Source: an uncultured delta proteobacterium (lineage in GTDB: Bacteria; Myxococcota; Myxococcia; Myxococcales; Myxococcaceae). Taken from it: a stretch of DNA of 64,000 nt. Below the pieces are notes generated by a model. The model was not told where the DNA came from. It saw only the letters and a program-made list of their open reading frames with translations, and ran no database searches. The translations under genes and the position numbers were made by a program. The stretch spans positions 231,227 through 295,226 of the forward strand of contig CAVYSY010000024.1 of assembly GCA_963771175.1 (NCBI GenBank). Reading direction: 5' to 3'. Below, in pieces: positions 36,175 through 45,870 of this stretch. Position 1 is the stretch's first letter. Each line of letters opens with the position of its first letter.

Positions 36175-36258
36175 TTAGAGGTGAACAGCTCACGGCGGGC
36201 CGCACGCTCGCCCGACGTGGAAAAGGGCGGCCGACCGTAGGCATGCGGCGCACGCGAG

Positions 36259-39075
36259 TCAACGCTCAGTGAAGGGTGAACGACGACGCGTGTGCCGTAG
36301 CTGAACAATCAGCAGCACCAATAGCCACGCAACGGACGCGGTTCCCCCGCCCGCCCGGCAGCCACAGCCCGTCTCCGGGTTTTCGTAGGACTCGGGAATC
36401 CGGTCCACCGAGCATGGGGAAGTGGAGCCGGCCAGAAGATCCTGCACATCGGCTTCCGTCAGCGGGAGGTCTTCCCCGGCAGGCGGGGCGGGAGGAGAGG
36501 CCAGGACGCCCGCGCGCGCGAGGAAGGCCCCCATGAGGTAGGCACGACGCGAGGGGCTGACGATGCCCTCGAAGGGCACGCTCAGGAAGAGCACCTGCCC
36601 GCCCGGGGTCGAGAGCACGCCCGCAGCCGAGCCCGCCCCCAGGTAGCCCAGCACCGGGATGCCTCCCTCCAAGGGGAGCAGCACGTCCGGCACGCCCACC
36701 GGAAAGGAGCCCCGCGATCCGTCGTCGAGCAGGGTTCCCGAGAGGCCAGCGAGCCATCCCTCCGGAAGCCCGTTCACCACGAGGTTGGAGATTCCGCACC
36801 TGGGCAAGGCATGGAGGATGTCCGTCAGGAAGGCCTGTGCCCCCGGCCCTCCCGCGAAGAGCGCGGAGGCCACATGACTGCCCGAGAGCAAAAGGTGCCC
36901 GCCGCCCATGACAAAGGTGCGCATCAGTTGCAGTTCAGCCTCGGTGGGACCCGCGCCCCCTACCCCGCCCCGCCCGGTGAACCAGTCCAGCACCCGGTAA
37001 CCCACGGGGGTGAAGAGGCCCGCGGAGATTGCCTCGCTGGTGGCTCCGTCGAAGGACACCGCGTGCTGCGCCAGCGCTTCACCGTGCCGGCGCAGGGCGG
37101 TGCCGTCGTTCATGGACTCCAGTAGCTCGCGCAGAGGGGAGCTCAAGCCATACGCGGAGAGGTCCTCGGCGTGCGCCAGCGCCGCATCCAGACGGCGGAA
37201 GGCGTTGACCACGAGCACCTCCGCGCCCTTGCCCGCCTCGGGGACGCGCACCCCCACCACCTCCGAGGGGAAGGACTCTCCTCCGACGTTGAGGGAGGCC
37301 ACGCGGAAGTACCGCGTGGTCCCCGGCGGCAGCGAGAGGGAGAAGGTGGCGGCGTCCGTCTCGGTGCCATCATCCCAGGCCAGCCCATCCGCGCTCTGGT
37401 AGACGCGGTAGCCGGTGGCCTCGTGCCCGCCCAGGTCGAGGGTGTCCCGGGTCGGCGCGACCCACTTCACCGCCACCTCACCATTCCCGGCGTTGCGAGC
37501 CACCAGCGCGGAGGGGGGCTCGGGAGGCAGGTGCGGCTCCAAGCCGTCCCGCGCGGCGAAGTATTTGATGAGGCCCTGCAGGATGGCGCGCGCGGCCACG
37601 CGGCGGAACTCCGGCTGCTTCAGGTACGCGGCATCCGCGGGATGGTCATGGTAGGCCACCTCGAGGAGCACCGACGGCATCTCCGGGTTGTGGGTCGGGT
37701 TCACCTCGCCGAGGTTGGCAGAGCGCAGCGAACGCACCCGCCAGGTCGGCTCCACCGCGTTGCGGATGTCCTGCGTCAGCTCTTCCAGCAGCTTGCGCGC
37801 GAGCACGTCACTGCCGGGCACCCCGGTGAAGTTCAGCGTGCCGTCCACGGGGTTGGGGCCGTAGACGTACGCCTCGGTGCCTCGGAACCGGTCGTCCGGC
37901 TTTGAGAGCCCGGAGGCGTTGGTGTGCCAGGCGACGTACACGGCATCCTCCCCGTCCTCGTGAAGCCAGGCGGCGAAGCGAGGGCGCGCGGAGACGTCGT
38001 CGTTGCGCTCGTTGGAGAGCGCGTTGATACCCGAGGGCGCGAACACCGCGGGCGGCGCGCCGCTGAACTGGGTGTGGTAGCGCGCGCACTCCTCGAAACG
38101 GGGGCGTGCGAGAGGGCCGAGGGCCGAATCCCCGATATCGCCGCTGCCTCCACCGAAGCGCACCGCGTCCAGCGACACGCTACCCGTCGCCGTCGAGTCG
38201 TTGAGCGCCACCGCCGAGGCCGTCTCCGGGTGCAGGCCCGCCCGGAAGTAGAAGCGGCCCAGCAGCACCCACGTCCCACCGTGGCGACGCTGGTTCACCC
38301 GGAAGTGGCTCTCGCCGCCCGCGTGCCGCACCACGTAGTGAGCATCCGGAACACGGCCCGGGTCCGAGCTGTACGAGACGTAGACATGGTAGTAGCCGTC
38401 GGCCGGAATCGAGGGCGCCCAGGTGGCGCGCGCGGTGGCCGTGGGAGCGGCCGTCATCAGCCGGTTGTCCCCGAGCTGGAAGGGCTGCACCGCATTCCCC
38501 ATGGGCACCAATGGAGGCCCCCAGCCAGGACTGGAGGAGGAGAAGAGCTCCGTGGGGCCCTGCTCCGAGTAGCCCTCCCGCCCGTTGTCGAGCAGGACCA
38601 TGTGCGGGTTGAGGTCCGACTCGCGCACGGGAATCACCGTGGCGCCCGCCCCCGTGAGCATCGGCAGCAGGTACTGGTTGAGCGTCTCGATGGAGACGAG
38701 GTCCTCGATGAGGTCGTTCGTGTTGCCGCGCTGGGTGGCCCACCGCCCCAGGGGCGAGCTGCGGTAGAAGCCGTGCCCGGGGCTCAGGTAGAGGGTCTTG
38801 CCCGACAGCGCCCCGGTGCGCGTCCGCGTCTGAGGCAGGCCGGCGAGCGCCGACACGCCCGCCGTGTCCTCGCGGCGCACCAGGGGCGGCTCCGAGGGGC
38901 TCCACCGCGTCTCGTGGGGCCTCGGGCCTGGGAGCGGCACATAGACGGCGCCGGGCGGCTCCAGGCCGCAATCAAAGGAGGAGACAGCCTCCTCCTGGGC
39001 GTGGACGGTGCCTGGCAGGCAGAGCAGCGAGAGTAGCACCCAAGCGATTGCATGGATGTGAGCAGGAAGGGCCAT
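36259..39075 (-). CDS. Secreted N-acetylmuramoyl-L-alanine amidase-like protein with golvesin-like insert, FN3 domain and MYXO-CTERM anchor
   Basis: LYLSPGHG, AWHTNA, SVLLEVAYHD amidase motifs; VNQRRHGGTWVLLGRF, DAVRFGGG; C-terminal GCGC + hydrophobic + RRR. Confidence 0.85.
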   Translation of the reverse strand: MALPAHIHAIAWVLLSLLCLPGTVHAQEEAVSSFDCGLEPPGAVYVPLPGPRPHETRWSPSEPPLVRREDTAGVSALAGLPQTRTRTGALSGKTLYLSPGHGFYRSSPLGRWATQRGNTNDLIEDLVSIETLNQYLLPMLTGAGATVIPVRESDLNPHMVLLDNGREGYSEQGPTELFSSSSPGWGPPLVPMGNAVQPFQLGDNRLMTAAPTATARATWAPSIPADGYYHVYVSYSSDPGRVPDAHYVVRHAGGESHFRVNQRRHGGTWVLLGRFYFRAGLHPETASAVALNDSTATGSVSLDAVRFGGGSGDIGDSALGPLARPRFEECARYHTQFSGAPPAVFAPSGINALSNERNDDVSARPRFAAWLHEDGEDAVYVAWHTNASGLSKPDDRFRGTEAYVYGPNPVDGTLNFTGVPGSDVLARKLLEELTQDIRNAVEPTWRVRSLRSANLGEVNPTHNPEMPSVLLEVAYHDHPADAAYLKQPEFRRVAARAILQGLIKYFAARDGLEPHLPPEPPSALVARNAGNGEVAVKWVAPTRDTLDLGGHEATGYRVYQSADGLAWDDGTETDAATFSLSLPPGTTRYFRVASLNVGGESFPSEVVGVRVPEAGKGAEVLVVNAFRRLDAALAHAEDLSAYGLSSPLRELLESMNDGTALRRHGEALAQHAVSFDGATSEAISAGLFTPVGYRVLDWFTGRGGVGGAGPTEAELQLMRTFVMGGGHLLLSGSHVASALFAGGPGAQAFLTDILHALPRCGISNLVVNGLPEGWLAGLSGTLLDDGSRGSFPVGVPDVLLPLEGGIPVLGYLGAGSAAGVLSTPGGQVLFLSVPFEGIVSPSRRAYLMGAFLARAGVLASPPAPPAGEDLPLTEADVQDLLAGSTSPCSVDRIPESYENPETGCGCRAGGGTASVAWLLVLLIVQLRHTRRRSPFTER

Positions 39076-39156
39076 GGGGGGGCGGACGTTAGGCCCGGGC
39101 GAGAGACCCGGCAAACGAACCGTGGGTGGTCGCCCGCTCTCCCGCTAACCTGACCC

Positions 39157-39831
39157 GTGATGAGCTCTCCCGCACTCACTCCCCTGCCCCCTTCCCCCGA
39201 GCCGCGGCCGCCGTCCTACCCGCCTCGTGGTGGGTCCGGCATGCGCGCCTCCTTCCGCCACGCGTGGAATGGGCTGCTCCACACCGTCATCCATCAGCGG
39301 AACATGCGCGTCCACCTCGTCTCCGCCCTGCTGGTCGGACTGGTGGGCAGCGGCATCTACCTCGGGCTCGCGGAGAAGGTGACGCTCATCTTCTGCGTCC
39401 TCCTCATCTTCTTCGCGGAGATCCTCAACAGCGCGCTCGAGCACCTGGTGGACCTCGCCACCCGGCACTTCGACGAGAAGGCCCGCCTCACCAAGGACGC
39501 GGCCGCCGCGGGCGTGCTGGTGCTCGCCCTGGGCACCGTCGTCATCTTCTCCGCCATCCTCGTCCACAACTGGGAGACGGTGGTCACCAGCGGGCCGCGA
39601 ATCGCCCGTCAGGTGGCCTTCGGGGTGCCCCTGGCCGCGTGCGTGACGGGACTGGTGCTGCCACAGCCGCGCTCCGCCTGGTGGGATCGGCTCGCCTTCG
39701 TGACGGGCGGCGTCCTCATCGGGGTGCTCGCCATGTACAGCATCAGCTCCGTCTTCACCGCGATGAACGCCGGCCTGCTCGTCGTCGCCGGGGCCGCCGC
39801 TCGCCAGCGGCGCCTGGAGTCCCGGCGGTAG
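39157..39831 (+). CDS. Diacylglycerol/undecaprenol kinase family membrane protein
   Basis: SFRHAWNGL, NMRVH, EILNSALEHLVDL, KDAAAAGVL. Confidence 0.88.
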   Translation: MMSSPALTPLPPSPEPRPPSYPPRGGSGMRASFRHAWNGLLHTVIHQRNMRVHLVSALLVGLVGSGIYLGLAEKVTLIFCVLLIFFAEILNSALEHLVDLATRHFDEKARLTKDAAAAGVLVLALGTVVIFSAILVHNWETVVTSGPRIARQVAFGVPLAACVTGLVLPQPRSAWWDRLAFVTGGVLIGVLAMYSISSVFTAMNAGLLVVAGAAARQRRLESRR

Positions 39832-39846
39832 CGAGGCCTGGAAACG

Positions 39847-39871
39847 AAAAAACCGGCTCGAGGGCCGGTTT
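39847..39871 (-). terminator. Intrinsic terminator
   Basis: AAACCGGCTC-GA-GGGCCGGTTT with adjacent A-run (T-run on minus strand). Confidence 0.55.
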
Positions 39872-39949
39872 CCGTGCCACCTAGGGGCTCGAGCCCCGGG
39901 ACCTGCCCGGAACTCGGTCGCCCGCTAGGGACGAGTTCATTCTATCTCC

Positions 39950-40165
39950 TCAGGCTTCCTGACGGAAGTCCGGCCGGGCCTCGGACGTCTGGGGGACAAC
40001 ATTCTTGTCCGCGCCCTTGATGTCCTCCGTCACCAGGTCCAGCAGCTCGGTGGCGACGCCGATGATCTGGGTGGGGGTGTAGCCGCTCGCACGGAGCTGG
40101 TTGAAGAAGGTGCGGGCCAGGATTCGAGGGGCCTGCTTGTCAGTGCTCAAGGACGTGTCCTCCAT
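39950..40165 (-). CDS. Small hypothetical protein
   Basis: Host-like codon usage; ARTFFNQLRASGYTPTQIIGVATELLDLVT amphipathic helices. Confidence 0.7.
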   Translation of the reverse strand: MEDTSLSTDKQAPRILARTFFNQLRASGYTPTQIIGVATELLDLVTEDIKGADKNVVPQTSEARPDFRQEA

Positions 40166-40203
40166 AAGGGTGGGACCGCGCAAATCATCACGGGCGCGGA
40201 GTC

Positions 40204-40219
40204 TTCAACCCTCGTGCCA
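40204..40219 (-). promoter_or_regulatory. Putative sigma-54 (-24/-12) promoter
   Basis: TGGCACG-AGGG-TTGAA versus consensus TGGCACG-N4-TTGC, upstream of the small ORF. Confidence 0.5.
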
Positions 40220-40465
40220 GGAAGCTCCTTCCTGGCGAATTCTCCATGACTCTCGGGTAGTTGGGAGGTTGAGGGGGGCTGGCGGGTATTCCGGAGCTGC
40301 GAAGGCCCCTTCGCACCCCGCTGGCGGCTCAGGGGGAAGGCTCGAAAGGGGTGCATCGTCAAGTTCGCACCCCGCGGGTCCTCGATTGTTCAAGAGCTTG
40401 CATTCCGAAGGGGAGGCGGCGCAGATACGCGCCCCCTTTCCCCGGCATCAGGAGAAGAGCGGCGC

Positions 40466-42061
40466 ATGGCGTATCGGGTGAACAACATCGGGCTGTGGCT
40501 GGACGAGTCGGACGAATTGCTCGGAGAGCGAGCGGCCGAGAAGCTCGGCGTGACTCGGTCGGACCTGGCGTCTGTGCGCGTCGTGCGCTCGGTGCTGGAC
40601 GCCCGCAAGAAGGGCAGCCCTCGCTACATTTATACGTTGGAGGTGGAGCTGGCCCCGGGGCGCGCGCCCAAGCGGCTGCCGCCGGACGTGAGCGAGACAC
40701 CGCCTGCGCCGGAGCCGCCCACGCGCGTGAAGGCGCCGGAGCAGATGCCGCTCATCATCGGCACCGGGCCCGCGGGTCTCTTCTGCGCCCTGGCCCTGCT
40801 GGAACGCGGCGTTCGCACCATCCTCCTGGAGCGCGGCAAGGAAGTCGTGTCGCGGCGGAAAGATGTGGCGAAGCTGATGCGGGACGGCACGTTGGACCCG
40901 GAGAGCAACATGAACTTCGGGGAGGGTGGGGCCGGCGCTTATACCGACGGCAAGCTGTCCACGCGCATCAACCACCCCATGGTGCGCAAGGTCATCGAGA
41001 CGTTCGCCCGCTGCGGCGCGCCGGACCACATCCTCGTGGAGGGCAAGCCGCACATCGGCTCGGACCTGCTGCCGGGAGCGGTGGCGGCGCTGCGCGACGA
41101 GCTCATCGCCGGGGGCTGCCAGGTGCTCTTCGAGCACAGGGTGGAGGAGGTCCTCTACCGCGACGGCCGGGTGGCGGGCGTGAGGCTCGCGGACGGGCGC
41201 ACGCTGGAGAGCGACCGGGTGGTGCTCGCCCCGGGCAACTCGGCGCGCGAGCTGTATGAGCGCTTCGCCGCGGACGGCAAGGTGGTCATCGAGCCCAAGC
41301 CCTTCGCGCTCGGCTTCCGGGCCGAGCACCCGCAGGGCCTCATCAACTCCATCCAGTACGGGTCCGCGGCGAAGAACCCGAAGCTGCCTCCGGCGGACTA
41401 CAAGCTGGCGGAGAACCTGGAGGTGGATGGGGAGATGCGCGGCATCTACTCGTTCTGCATGTGCCCGGGCGGCATCGTGGTGCCCACGCCCACCCAGGAA
41501 GGGCTGCAGTGCACCAACGGCATGAGCAACTCGCGCCGCAACGCGAAGTACGCCAACGCGGGCATCGTCGTGACGGTGTCCGTGCAGGACTTCGAGCGCG
41601 CGGGCTTCCGGGGTCCGCTCGCGGGCCTGGAGTTCCAGCGCCACTGGGAGGCCAAGGCGTACGAGTTGGGCGGGGGGAAGTTCTACGCCCCCGCGCAGAC
41701 GATTCCGGACTACCTCGCCGGGCGCGTGAAGAAGGACCCGGGTGGCACCAGCTACCGACCGGGGCTGGCGCACACGGACCTCAACAAGCTCTTCGAGCCG
41801 AGCCTCACCCAGTCGCTGAAGCAGGCGCTCAAGGCGTTCGACCGGAAGATGCGCGGCTTCATCAGCGAGGAGGGCAAGCTCATCGGCATCGAGAGCCGTA
41901 CCAGCTCGCCGGTGCGCATCACCCGCGGAGAGGACATGCAGTCCGTGTCGATGCGGGGGCTCTACCCCGCGGGCGAGGGCTGTGGGTACGCTGGCGGCAT
42001 CGTCTCCTCGGCCATTGATGGACTGCGGGTGGCTGAGCAGATTGCGACCGAGCTGACCTGA
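40466..42061 (+). CDS. NAD(P)/FAD-dependent oxidoreductase
   Basis: IIGTGPAGL, FGEGGAGAYTDGKL, FCMCPGG, GEGCGYAGGIVSSA. Confidence 0.92.
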   Translation: MAYRVNNIGLWLDESDELLGERAAEKLGVTRSDLASVRVVRSVLDARKKGSPRYIYTLEVELAPGRAPKRLPPDVSETPPAPEPPTRVKAPEQMPLIIGTGPAGLFCALALLERGVRTILLERGKEVVSRRKDVAKLMRDGTLDPESNMNFGEGGAGAYTDGKLSTRINHPMVRKVIETFARCGAPDHILVEGKPHIGSDLLPGAVAALRDELIAGGCQVLFEHRVEEVLYRDGRVAGVRLADGRTLESDRVVLAPGNSARELYERFAADGKVVIEPKPFALGFRAEHPQGLINSIQYGSAAKNPKLPPADYKLAENLEVDGEMRGIYSFCMCPGGIVVPTPTQEGLQCTNGMSNSRRNAKYANAGIVVTVSVQDFERAGFRGPLAGLEFQRHWEAKAYELGGGKFYAPAQTIPDYLAGRVKKDPGGTSYRPGLAHTDLNKLFEPSLTQSLKQALKAFDRKMRGFISEEGKLIGIESRTSSPVRITRGEDMQSVSMRGLYPAGEGCGYAGGIVSSAIDGLRVAEQIATELT

Positions 42062-42076
42062 AGCAGGGAGGGAGCC

Positions 42077-42442
42077 ATGCGCTACCGCGTACGCACGCCG
42101 GATGGAGAGCTGGACTACCCCAGCCTGAGGGACGTGGAGGTGGCGTACGCCCAGGGACTGGTGGGCCCCGACGACGAGGTGCTCGAGGAGGGGAAGGAGA
42201 CCTGGCGCAAGGCCGCCAGCCTCCCGACGCTCGCCCGGGCCCGCCCCGAGTCGAAGGGACTGGCCGCGCGGACCCAGATGCTGAGCGTCATCGGAGCGGT
42301 GGCCCTGGGCACGGCGGCGCTGGCGCTCATCATGAGCGACTCCTGGACCCGGCGCGGGCTGGGCATCGTGCTCGCGCTGGCGATGTGCACGCTGCTCATG
42401 CGAGTGACCTCCAAGGCGTTCAAGCGGCCGGACCCTCACTGA
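42077..42442 (+). CDS. Hypothetical membrane protein
   Basis: RBS GGAG, two C-terminal TM helices. Confidence 0.7.
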   Translation: MRYRVRTPDGELDYPSLRDVEVAYAQGLVGPDDEVLEEGKETWRKAASLPTLARARPESKGLAARTQMLSVIGAVALGTAALALIMSDSWTRRGLGIVLALAMCTLLMRVTSKAFKRPDPH

Positions 42443-42569
42443 GCCTCCTGCCCTGCTGGGGAGCACTCCCGCCCTCCCCGCACCGAGCCCCCGTCCGCCG
42501 CATGTTCCCCCCCATGAAGCCACACGGCGCGAGGCCCTCCACGAGGCCCGTGCAGAGGGGAGGACGACC

Positions 42570-43709
42570 GTGGTCAACACCTACCTTTCCCGCGAGGCGG
42601 CGCGAAGGATGAAGCACGGCGCGCCCTGGGTGCGCCGGGAAGACATCGTCTCGATGGAAGGCACCCCGTCCGTGGGCGAGGCGGTGCAGCTCCGGGACGA
42701 GGACGGACAGCCTCTCGGGCTGGCGGACGTGGACCTCGAGTCCTCCTACGCGGTGCGCCGACTGGGGATGCCGGACGAGACGCTCGAGGGCCTCATCCCC
42801 CGCCACGTGCGCCACGCCTTCGAGCGCCGCGCGCGCATGGTGGACGACCCGCGCTTCTGCCGCGTCATCAATGACGACGGCGATGCCCTCCCCGGCCTCA
42901 TCGTGGACCGCTACGACACGCACCTCGTCGTCCAGACGCTCACGCGGGCCATGGACACGCGGGCGCAGGAGATCGCGCGCGCCCTGGCGGAGGTGGGCGG
43001 GGCCGAGTCCGTGCTGCTGCGCAACGACACCTCTCGGCGCCGGCAGCTCGGCCTGCCCGTGCAGCGGCCCCACGCGCTCTACGGCAACCCGCCCCGGTGG
43101 ACCCGGGTGCTGGAATTGGGAGCCCGCTTCACGGTGGACCTCACCTACGGCCCGGGCGTGGGCTACCCGTACGACCAGCGGGAGCTGCGCCGCTTCATCT
43201 CGCGCATGTCCCAGGGGGCGCGGGTGCTGGACCCGAGCTGCCACGTCGGGGGCCTCTTCGTCCACGCGGGCCGCACGGGCGCCCGCTCCATCCTCGCCTT
43301 CGACAGCGACGCGGACACGGCGGACCTCGCCCGGGAGAACGGCGAGGCCAACGGGCTGCTGGGCCGTCTCCAGGTGGAGCGGGGGGACGCGCTCGCCGTG
43401 CTGCGCGGCCTGCACGACACCTTCGACCTGGTGCTCCTGGACACCCCGGAGGCCACCACCTCCGAGGCCTTCGTCGAGCAGGTGCGCCTGGGCCTGCGCG
43501 TCACCCGCCACGGCGGCTACCTCCTCATCGTCGGCTACCACCCTCCCCTGCCCCCGGCCGGCTTCGACGACCTGGTGGCCGAGGCGTGTGACCAGGAGGG
43601 GCGCATGGGCTTCCGCTTCGCCCGGCTCGGCCTGCCGCCGGACCACCCCACCCTGGTGGGCTTCCCCGGCACGGACTACCTGTCGGGGATCGCCCTCGAG
43701 GTGAGCTGA
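42570..43709 (+). CDS. RlmI-like SAM-dependent RNA methyltransferase (PUA + MTase)
   Basis: GAPWV, DGDALPGLIVDRY, YDQRELR, FDLVLLDTP, PDHP. Confidence 0.85.
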   Translation: MVNTYLSREAARRMKHGAPWVRREDIVSMEGTPSVGEAVQLRDEDGQPLGLADVDLESSYAVRRLGMPDETLEGLIPRHVRHAFERRARMVDDPRFCRVINDDGDALPGLIVDRYDTHLVVQTLTRAMDTRAQEIARALAEVGGAESVLLRNDTSRRRQLGLPVQRPHALYGNPPRWTRVLELGARFTVDLTYGPGVGYPYDQRELRRFISRMSQGARVLDPSCHVGGLFVHAGRTGARSILAFDSDADTADLARENGEANGLLGRLQVERGDALAVLRGLHDTFDLVLLDTPEATTSEAFVEQVRLGLRVTRHGGYLLIVGYHPPLPPAGFDDLVAEACDQEGRMGFRFARLGLPPDHPTLVGFPGTDYLSGIALEVS

Positions 43710-44321
43710 CTACTTCTTCATCGAATGCTTGCGCACGGCCCGGAGCACGTCCGGCACGGACGTCTTGTTCGCCTTGTCGGCGATCCACTTGGGCAGCGAG
43801 CCGCCCGGATCCGTGTAGAGGTAGTAGGTGACGAAGGTCTTCTTCCCCTCCTCGCGCGGCTCCAGCAGCCAGTAGCCGTCGTTGAGCTTCACACGCACCA
43901 CGTCCTCGCGCTCGGCCGGAGCCCCGTCGGTCGTCACCGTCCAGGCCGTCTTCAGGAAGCCCTTGCCGTCCTTCCAGTCCGACTCGTCGCGGATGCGGAT
44001 GATGAAATCCCGCTTGTCCACCAGGGGGGCGTTCACCAGGCAATGGAACACGATGACCTTCCCGTCCTGCTCCGAGGCCAGCACGCGGCTCTCGTCGGTA
44101 TAGGGCATGGTCTTCGTGTAGTTCGTGTAGTCACGGATGACCCGCCACACGTCGTGGGGCGGAGCCTCCACGAGGGCGGTGGCCTTCACCTCGGACACGG
44201 AGCCCCCTTCGGGCTTCCGGGCCAGCACGATGATGCCATCATCACGGGCCACCTGTTGCCAGGCGGTTTCATTGGCGCCAGCCAGCAGGACGAGCAGAGA
44301 CAGAGCGGGAAGAAGAGACAT
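43710..44321 (-). CDS. Secreted START/SRPBCC-domain protein
   Basis: Signal peptide; APLVDKRDF, TDPGGSLPKW. Confidence 0.82.
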   Translation of the reverse strand: MSLLPALSLLVLLAGANETAWQQVARDDGIIVLARKPEGGSVSEVKATALVEAPPHDVWRVIRDYTNYTKTMPYTDESRVLASEQDGKVIVFHCLVNAPLVDKRDFIIRIRDESDWKDGKGFLKTAWTVTTDGAPAEREDVVRVKLNDGYWLLEPREEGKKTFVTYYLYTDPGGSLPKWIADKANKTSVPDVLRAVRKHSMKK

Positions 44322-44368
44322 GAACGCATCCTAACCGCCTGGGGGGTGCTAGTGTCGGAGACCTAGAT

Positions 44369-45869
44369 ATGACGACCGAAAATCAGACTGACACAGCCCC
44401 CACCCCTTCCCCCACCGACGCCTCCGTGGAGCAGGTGCGCAAGGTCTACGCGAAGGACCTGCGGGAGAAGGATCAGGTCAACACCGTCTTCCGCGTCACG
44501 AAGAAGGAACGCGTCACCGCGCGCAGCGGCAAGGTGTTCGTCTCCGTGGTGCTCGTCGACAAGAGCGGGGAGATCGACGCCCGCGTCTTCGACAACGTGG
44601 AGGCACTCGAATCGACCTTCAATGTCGGTGACTACGTGCTCGTCCGGGGCAACGTCATCAGCTTCCACGGCAAGTCGCAGGTGGTCATCGAGGCCGTCGA
44701 GAAGCTGGACCCCGAGCCGCTCGACCCCAAGGAGTTCGAGCCTCCGACCGCTCCGCCCGCCCCCGCGCGCGAGGAGCAGCCCGCCGCCAAGGCCGCCGCT
44801 CCCGCCCGTGAGCCCCGAGAGGGCCGCGAGGAGCAGGCCGCTCCCAAGGCCGGCGAGGGCCATGGTGGCGCCCGGGCCGTCGGGCAGATCCGCGAGCTCG
44901 TCACCGAGCGCGTGAGCGACCCGAACGTGAAGGCCCTGCTGCTGGCCTTCCTGGATGACCCGCAGATCGCCGCGGGCCTGCCGATCGCCCCGGCCGCCAA
45001 GGGCGTCCACCACGCCTACCGCGGCGGACTGGCCGAGCACCTGCTGTCGGTGATGCGGCTCACCCTCCGGGTGGCGGACCACTACCCCATGGCGGACCGC
45101 GACCTGCTGCTGGCCGGCGCCCTGCTCCACGACGTGATGAAGGTCGCGGAGATCTCCCCGGAGAAGGGCTTCGAGTACACCGACGAGGGCAAGCTGGTGG
45201 GCCACCTCGTGATGACGGCGCAGAAGATTCGCGAGAAGACGCTCGGCATCCCCCACTTCCCGCCGCTGCTGGAGCAGCACCTCACCCACCTCGTCCTCGC
45301 GCACCACGGACGGCTGGAGTACGGCTCGCCCAAGCTGCCGGTGACGCTCGAGGCGCACATCGTCCACGCGCTGGACTCGCTGGACTCGCGGATTGCCTCC
45401 TGGGTGGAGGCGATGCAGCGCGACCCCAACGAGAAGTGGACGGAGAACCTCAAGCTCTACGACCGCCAGATCTGGAAGGGTCCCGTGCCCACGCAGCGCG
45501 GCCGGGCGCCGGTGGAGCGCCGCGCCAAGAAGGACAAGAAGCCCAAGGAGCGTCCGGAGAGGACGGGCGCCCCCGCGGGCGAGGCGCAGCAGCGCCGAGC
45601 GCCCCGAGAGGGCCGAGCGTCCGGAGAGGCCGCCGCGCGAGCCCCGTCCGCCTCGTGAGCCCAAGCCGCCGCGTGAGCCTCGCGAGCAGCGGGAGCCTCG
45701 CGAGCAGCGGGAGCCTCGCGAGGCACGCGAGCCTCGTGAGCCGCGCGAGGCCAGGCCGCCGCGCGAGCCGGTGAATGTTCCCAAGGAGCTGACCTTCAAG
45801 CCCTTCAGCGTCTTGACGGCACCGAAGTCGGAGCCCGCCGCCAAGCCCGAGGAGGGTTCGGAAGACTGA
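44369..45869 (+). CDS. YhaM-like 3'-5' exoribonuclease (OB + HD) with low-complexity tail (frameshift near 45595)
   Basis: DKSGEIDARVF OB fold; HHAYRGGLAEH, LLHDVMK, HHGRLEYGSP. Confidence 0.88.
45675..45722 (+). repeat. 18-bp coding tandem repeat (EPREQR)
   Basis: GAGCCTCGCGAGCAGCGG x2 plus a partial copy within a PRE-rich tail. Confidence 0.8.
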
Positions 45870-45870
45870 C

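Noticed and set aside
40448..42580. Long antisense ORFs (also 6396-8387, 45805-47619, 57720-59813, 61417-63249)
   Set aside because: Shadow ORFs opposite well-supported genes, expected in high-GC DNA
45600..45775. Repeat array after the yhaM-like HD domain
   Set aside because: Coding low-complexity PRE/EPREQR tail, not a mobile or CRISPR repeat
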